Origin: Camelus dromedarius
Taxonomy: Eukaryota
Direction of reading: 5' to 3'
Assembly: GCF_036321535.1 (NCBI RefSeq)
Contig: NC_087437.1
Location: forward strand, 23,996,001 to 24,060,000
Length of the DNA stretch: 64,000 nucleotides
The notes beneath the pieces were generated by a model that did not search any database, was not told the origin of the DNA, and saw only the letters and a list, made by a program, of their open reading frames with translations. Shown one piece after another: positions 60,461 to 64,000 of the stretch (positions are counted from its first letter, which is position 1; every line of letters starts with the position of its first letter). A program made the position numbers and the translations under genes.

Positions 60461-63400
60461 ATTCTTCTGAGGACCAAATAAGATAAAAGTGACATATACG
60501 GTGCCTGGCAGATAGCTGGCCCCTTACAGGAAAGAGTAGGTGTTCTATACAGTTTTTGTGCCTGACACACCAATTGATATTCTTTGAGCTACATTGAGGC
60601 CAGAGAGCATCTGCAGTGTAACAGCATGTGAGTTTTAAAAGGTGTCCCCATTTTGTATTGGAATTAAAAAAAACAAAAGTATCCCCTGTCCCATCTCCAT
60701 TGGGCAGGCAGCACTCTGTGAGCCTGTGGCTTGGTGAGCAGAGCATGGTTGTGTTCCAGCCCCACTTCCATCCTTCCATCCTCAGCTTGGGTATCTCTGG
60801 GTCGTTCATGAACAGCATAATCACACGTGGTGGCCCTGGCAAGGACTCTGCTTTGATCATGTTATTTCTAGCCCTTGGCATAATTTGCAGTTCTAAAATA
60901 ATAAACATGGAATGAATTTATAGATGTCTCAAGTATTATGCAAGTCTAGTCACTTGAAGATGCCATCAACTATCATTCTTGCCCTCACTCCTTCTGCAAG
61001 TGTTTTAAAGAATGGTGTGTGGACATCAGGAAAGCAGTCATGAATTTTTTTCCATTTAGTTGTGTTTCTCCTCAAGAATGTGAATGAGGTTTTACACATC
61101 TTCCTGGCTTCTCTGTTAGTGAAATAATAGATGGAAGAAAACCAGGTGACAAAGCTCTCTCCCTTTCCGGCCCTTTCTTCCCTTTTCGTTCCAGGATATC
61201 TTTCTTTTTCTTACATTAGGTAGTTATTATCAGGCACTGGTAATTGTCCCACTAGTCCCTTTTTGAAACATCATTTAAATTTTAGTGCCACTTTTGAATT
61301 ATACAAGCACTTTAAACTCAAGGAAGATGGAGAGATCGTAAATTCCCATGATGTGAGGTTCTTCCTTTCACCATGATTAATCCTTGCGCAGGAAGGGTGG
61401 AATAAAGAATGATACATGCCAGAATTTTACAGTCACTCAGCGGACCCTGGGGGGTGGCAGTTGCAAGGAAGCTCAGATTCCTGGTCTCTTTATATGTACA
61501 TCAATTTTTTTTGGAAAAGAAAAAAAGTTCAATAGGTCCAGGGAAGAGATTACTGAGTCTGCTCGGTCCTGCTGGTGTGCGCCTGCTGAGATAGGGTAGA
61601 GGGTCACACGGCTCTCCTCGCCGTGCTCCAAGGAGAAGCCTGCTGTGGCTAAAGTACGTGTTCTTATTAAATATATATCATGATGTACCTCTGTTGATAT
61701 TGTTAAACTCCTACCATAAAAGTTGCATATAAACAACACAGCTAAGTTAACGCTTCCATAGAAACGTTAGCGTTAAAACTTGCTTAATATAACATTAACC
61801 AAAGGGATGGTTGTTTTTTGGCCCAGACACAAACACACTGTGTATACATGCACAATTTTTAGTGTTTGTAAAAATCATAAGAAATTACATTGAGAATGTA
61901 GAATTTAGTGCTGTCAGTCAAGTTGGCCCAACCTTGGTTTGCCCTTATGAACAATCCAACCGAAGTCCTCACAGCCTTCTGCGAGTTTGTAGGAATGTCT
62001 TTGTGCCTACCTAGAGATTCAGTTTTCTTTGAAGGGAAAACAACAAGAACAACCTAACTAGTTATATACTAGTTGTATACTGTATGTAACAGGCTCAGGG
62101 GGTACATTGGAAAGTCTGCTGACTTAAATCTGACTTAAGTAAGATTGTCAGTTTGCAGTGGTTTATATGGAATGGTTGCTCCTATTACAGGCAAATAAAA
62201 GCTGTGGGGTTACATCTAAATTTTTTTTTTAATGGGACCACTATATAACCCAGAGCATGGCATTGACTTATTTATAGCAAATATTTCTGATTCTAGATTC
62301 AAAGGGCCAGTATATTCTAATGTACTCAAGAACTGAAGTGCCAGTCATTGATATGCAAGTCGGTGATATTCATGTTTATATATTTTAATGTCTTCCAAGA
62401 ATGATATTGAAACAAAACAAAAAAAGTCAAAATTATCAGATAACAAGGTGAATGAATTAATGTTATCTACATATTCTATGACTTGTTTATTATAATGCTA
62501 TTATTTAAGCCCCGTCTATTAAAGACAGACCACCATTTAGCATTACCATGGTTAAGATTAAATCTTGCTTAGATGATGGGTTTTGCCTTCCTAGCATATA
62601 AGCCATTTATTTCTAAAATGAAGCTACTTTATCCCTTGTCATCATAAAAATTGCAGACAGTCAGAAGTTAGCAATGGCTGCTTCACAGACCCACAGCAAT
62701 ACTTAGTAACAGATTTTCAAAGCAGTTCAAAGAGTCCAGTTTCCATCTGTGTTTGGTGAAGGGTGCACAAACCTTGAGGCCATCTGAAAACTCAGCTTCA
62801 TCTCTAACACTTGGAATAACAAAGGTGTTATTTTTCAAAGCCGCATTCTCCCCTCCTGGGGTGGCTGTGCAGATTCAGTTCAGGGAAGGTGGGAAACTTC
62901 AGAGCAGGTATTCTCCTTCTAGACTTTGCCTCCTTCAGGGAGTTCCTTTGAGGGTGTCACAATGGTGGCCTCCTGAATATGGGTTATTGCCAATGGAGGC
63001 CAAGAGGTAATGAACCTTATAGACAAATCCCTTCTGATTTTCGGAGCAAAATATCTGCAGAGAACCAGTGTCTCCTTTCTTCCTGACTAGGGGTGCTATT
63101 TAATCAGGAGAAAGTAGAGGGTGCTCTCTGCCCACGTTACACTGAGGAATGCAGCCTGAATATCAAACTCCATTTCATTCCACTGCGTTTCTAAAACTAA
63201 GACAGCACATTGTTGGGAAAGAGCTGACTGTCCTCGTCTTTGGTTGCTACAAATGAGCGTAAGCTTTCAATGGGATACGTATTTGTTCCTGCTGATATTG
63301 TTTAATACTTCCTGTGTTAATTTTTGGCAAACTTTTTGATCTAGTGTCTTTATAAAGACTACCTAACGCAAACTACATAAATACACAATGAATGGGATAA

Positions 63401-64000
63401 TTATAGAAATACAGACATTTGCTATCTCTTTGTGATACATTTCTATCTAACGTGGAAAAGTCAAGACCAGTGTGAGCAGTTCACTCAGACAGATTCTTCT
63501 TTTGATTTTCTGAGTAATTCTGATGACTCAGAACTTATCCAGAACTATATTCTAAATTCCTTTTGGATAATTCAAAGCAATATTACATTATTCTTCCATG
63601 GACTCCAAATTCCAATAACTATATGGGTAATTTCATTTGAGAATAAGCTATCTGAAAAATATGTATCTTTCATAAAAATCACTGATTGATACAGCATAAA
63701 ATGTTTATAAGAACAAAAATCTTTGTGATAAAATTTGGGTCTGATTAAAAACCACACTTTAATGTGCAAATAGTGAGATTTTGTGATTGAGATAATAGAA
63801 CTTACATACAAAGATTATGTCCTTATTACATCAAGATTTTCTTATTTTTAAAAATCCCTCATAAATAAAAACCCTTAGTAAATAAAAATGTACTCATCTA
63901 ATAATTAAAATTTTTTTACTTAGGAAAGTAAAATAACAAAAATCCTTAGTAAGTAAAAAGAAAAATAAAAGTTCTTCTGACTACAGATGATGAAAAAAAT

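Noticed and set aside
60076..60908. Overlapping 165-aa and 149-aa ORFs
   Set aside because: Partly within a decayed L2; no resemblance to a protein family
61741..61785. Short inverted repeat (ttaacgct...agcgttaa) as a miRNA or structured RNA
   Set aside because: The perfect stem is only 8 bp, too short for a pre-miRNA and expected by chance
1..64000. CRISPR array, operon or other prokaryotic system
   Set aside because: The sequence is clearly mammalian (L1, L2, MIR, MaLR, Tigger); no regularly spaced repeats and no gene-dense coding regions

Overview
AT-rich, CpG-depleted eutherian genomic DNA, either intergenic or deep intronic, with no supportable protein-coding exon. The young L1 3' ends look cetartiodactyl-like, and I recognise no Alu, B1, Can-SINE, Bov-tA or PRE1 SINEs, which suggests a camelid (inference). 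Much of the window is fossil transposons: L1, L2, MIR, MaLR/ERVL and ERV1 LTRs, and a full-length 3.5 kb Tigger2-type DNA transposon. The structurally interesting items are: (1) a tailless retrocopy of the 5' half of tRNA-Gly(TCC) with perfect 17-bp TSDs, inside the Tigger; (2) an ancient ERV1 provirus remnant (5' LTR, tRNA-Gln PBS, RNase H and env remnants, 3' LTR) that split an L2 and was later filled with L1s; (3) a ~980 bp tandem duplication of a CpG-retaining old L1 5'UTR, with a 339-bp perfectly identical core and a solo LTR in one copy; (4) an apparently L1-mobilised, polyadenylated LTR fragment; and (5) two twin-primed, 5'-inverted L1s. Several blocks with no recognisable repeats are candidate conserved non-coding elements. 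I find no evidence for a new protein-based system. Repeat subfamily names come from recalled consensus sequences and most boundaries are approximate.
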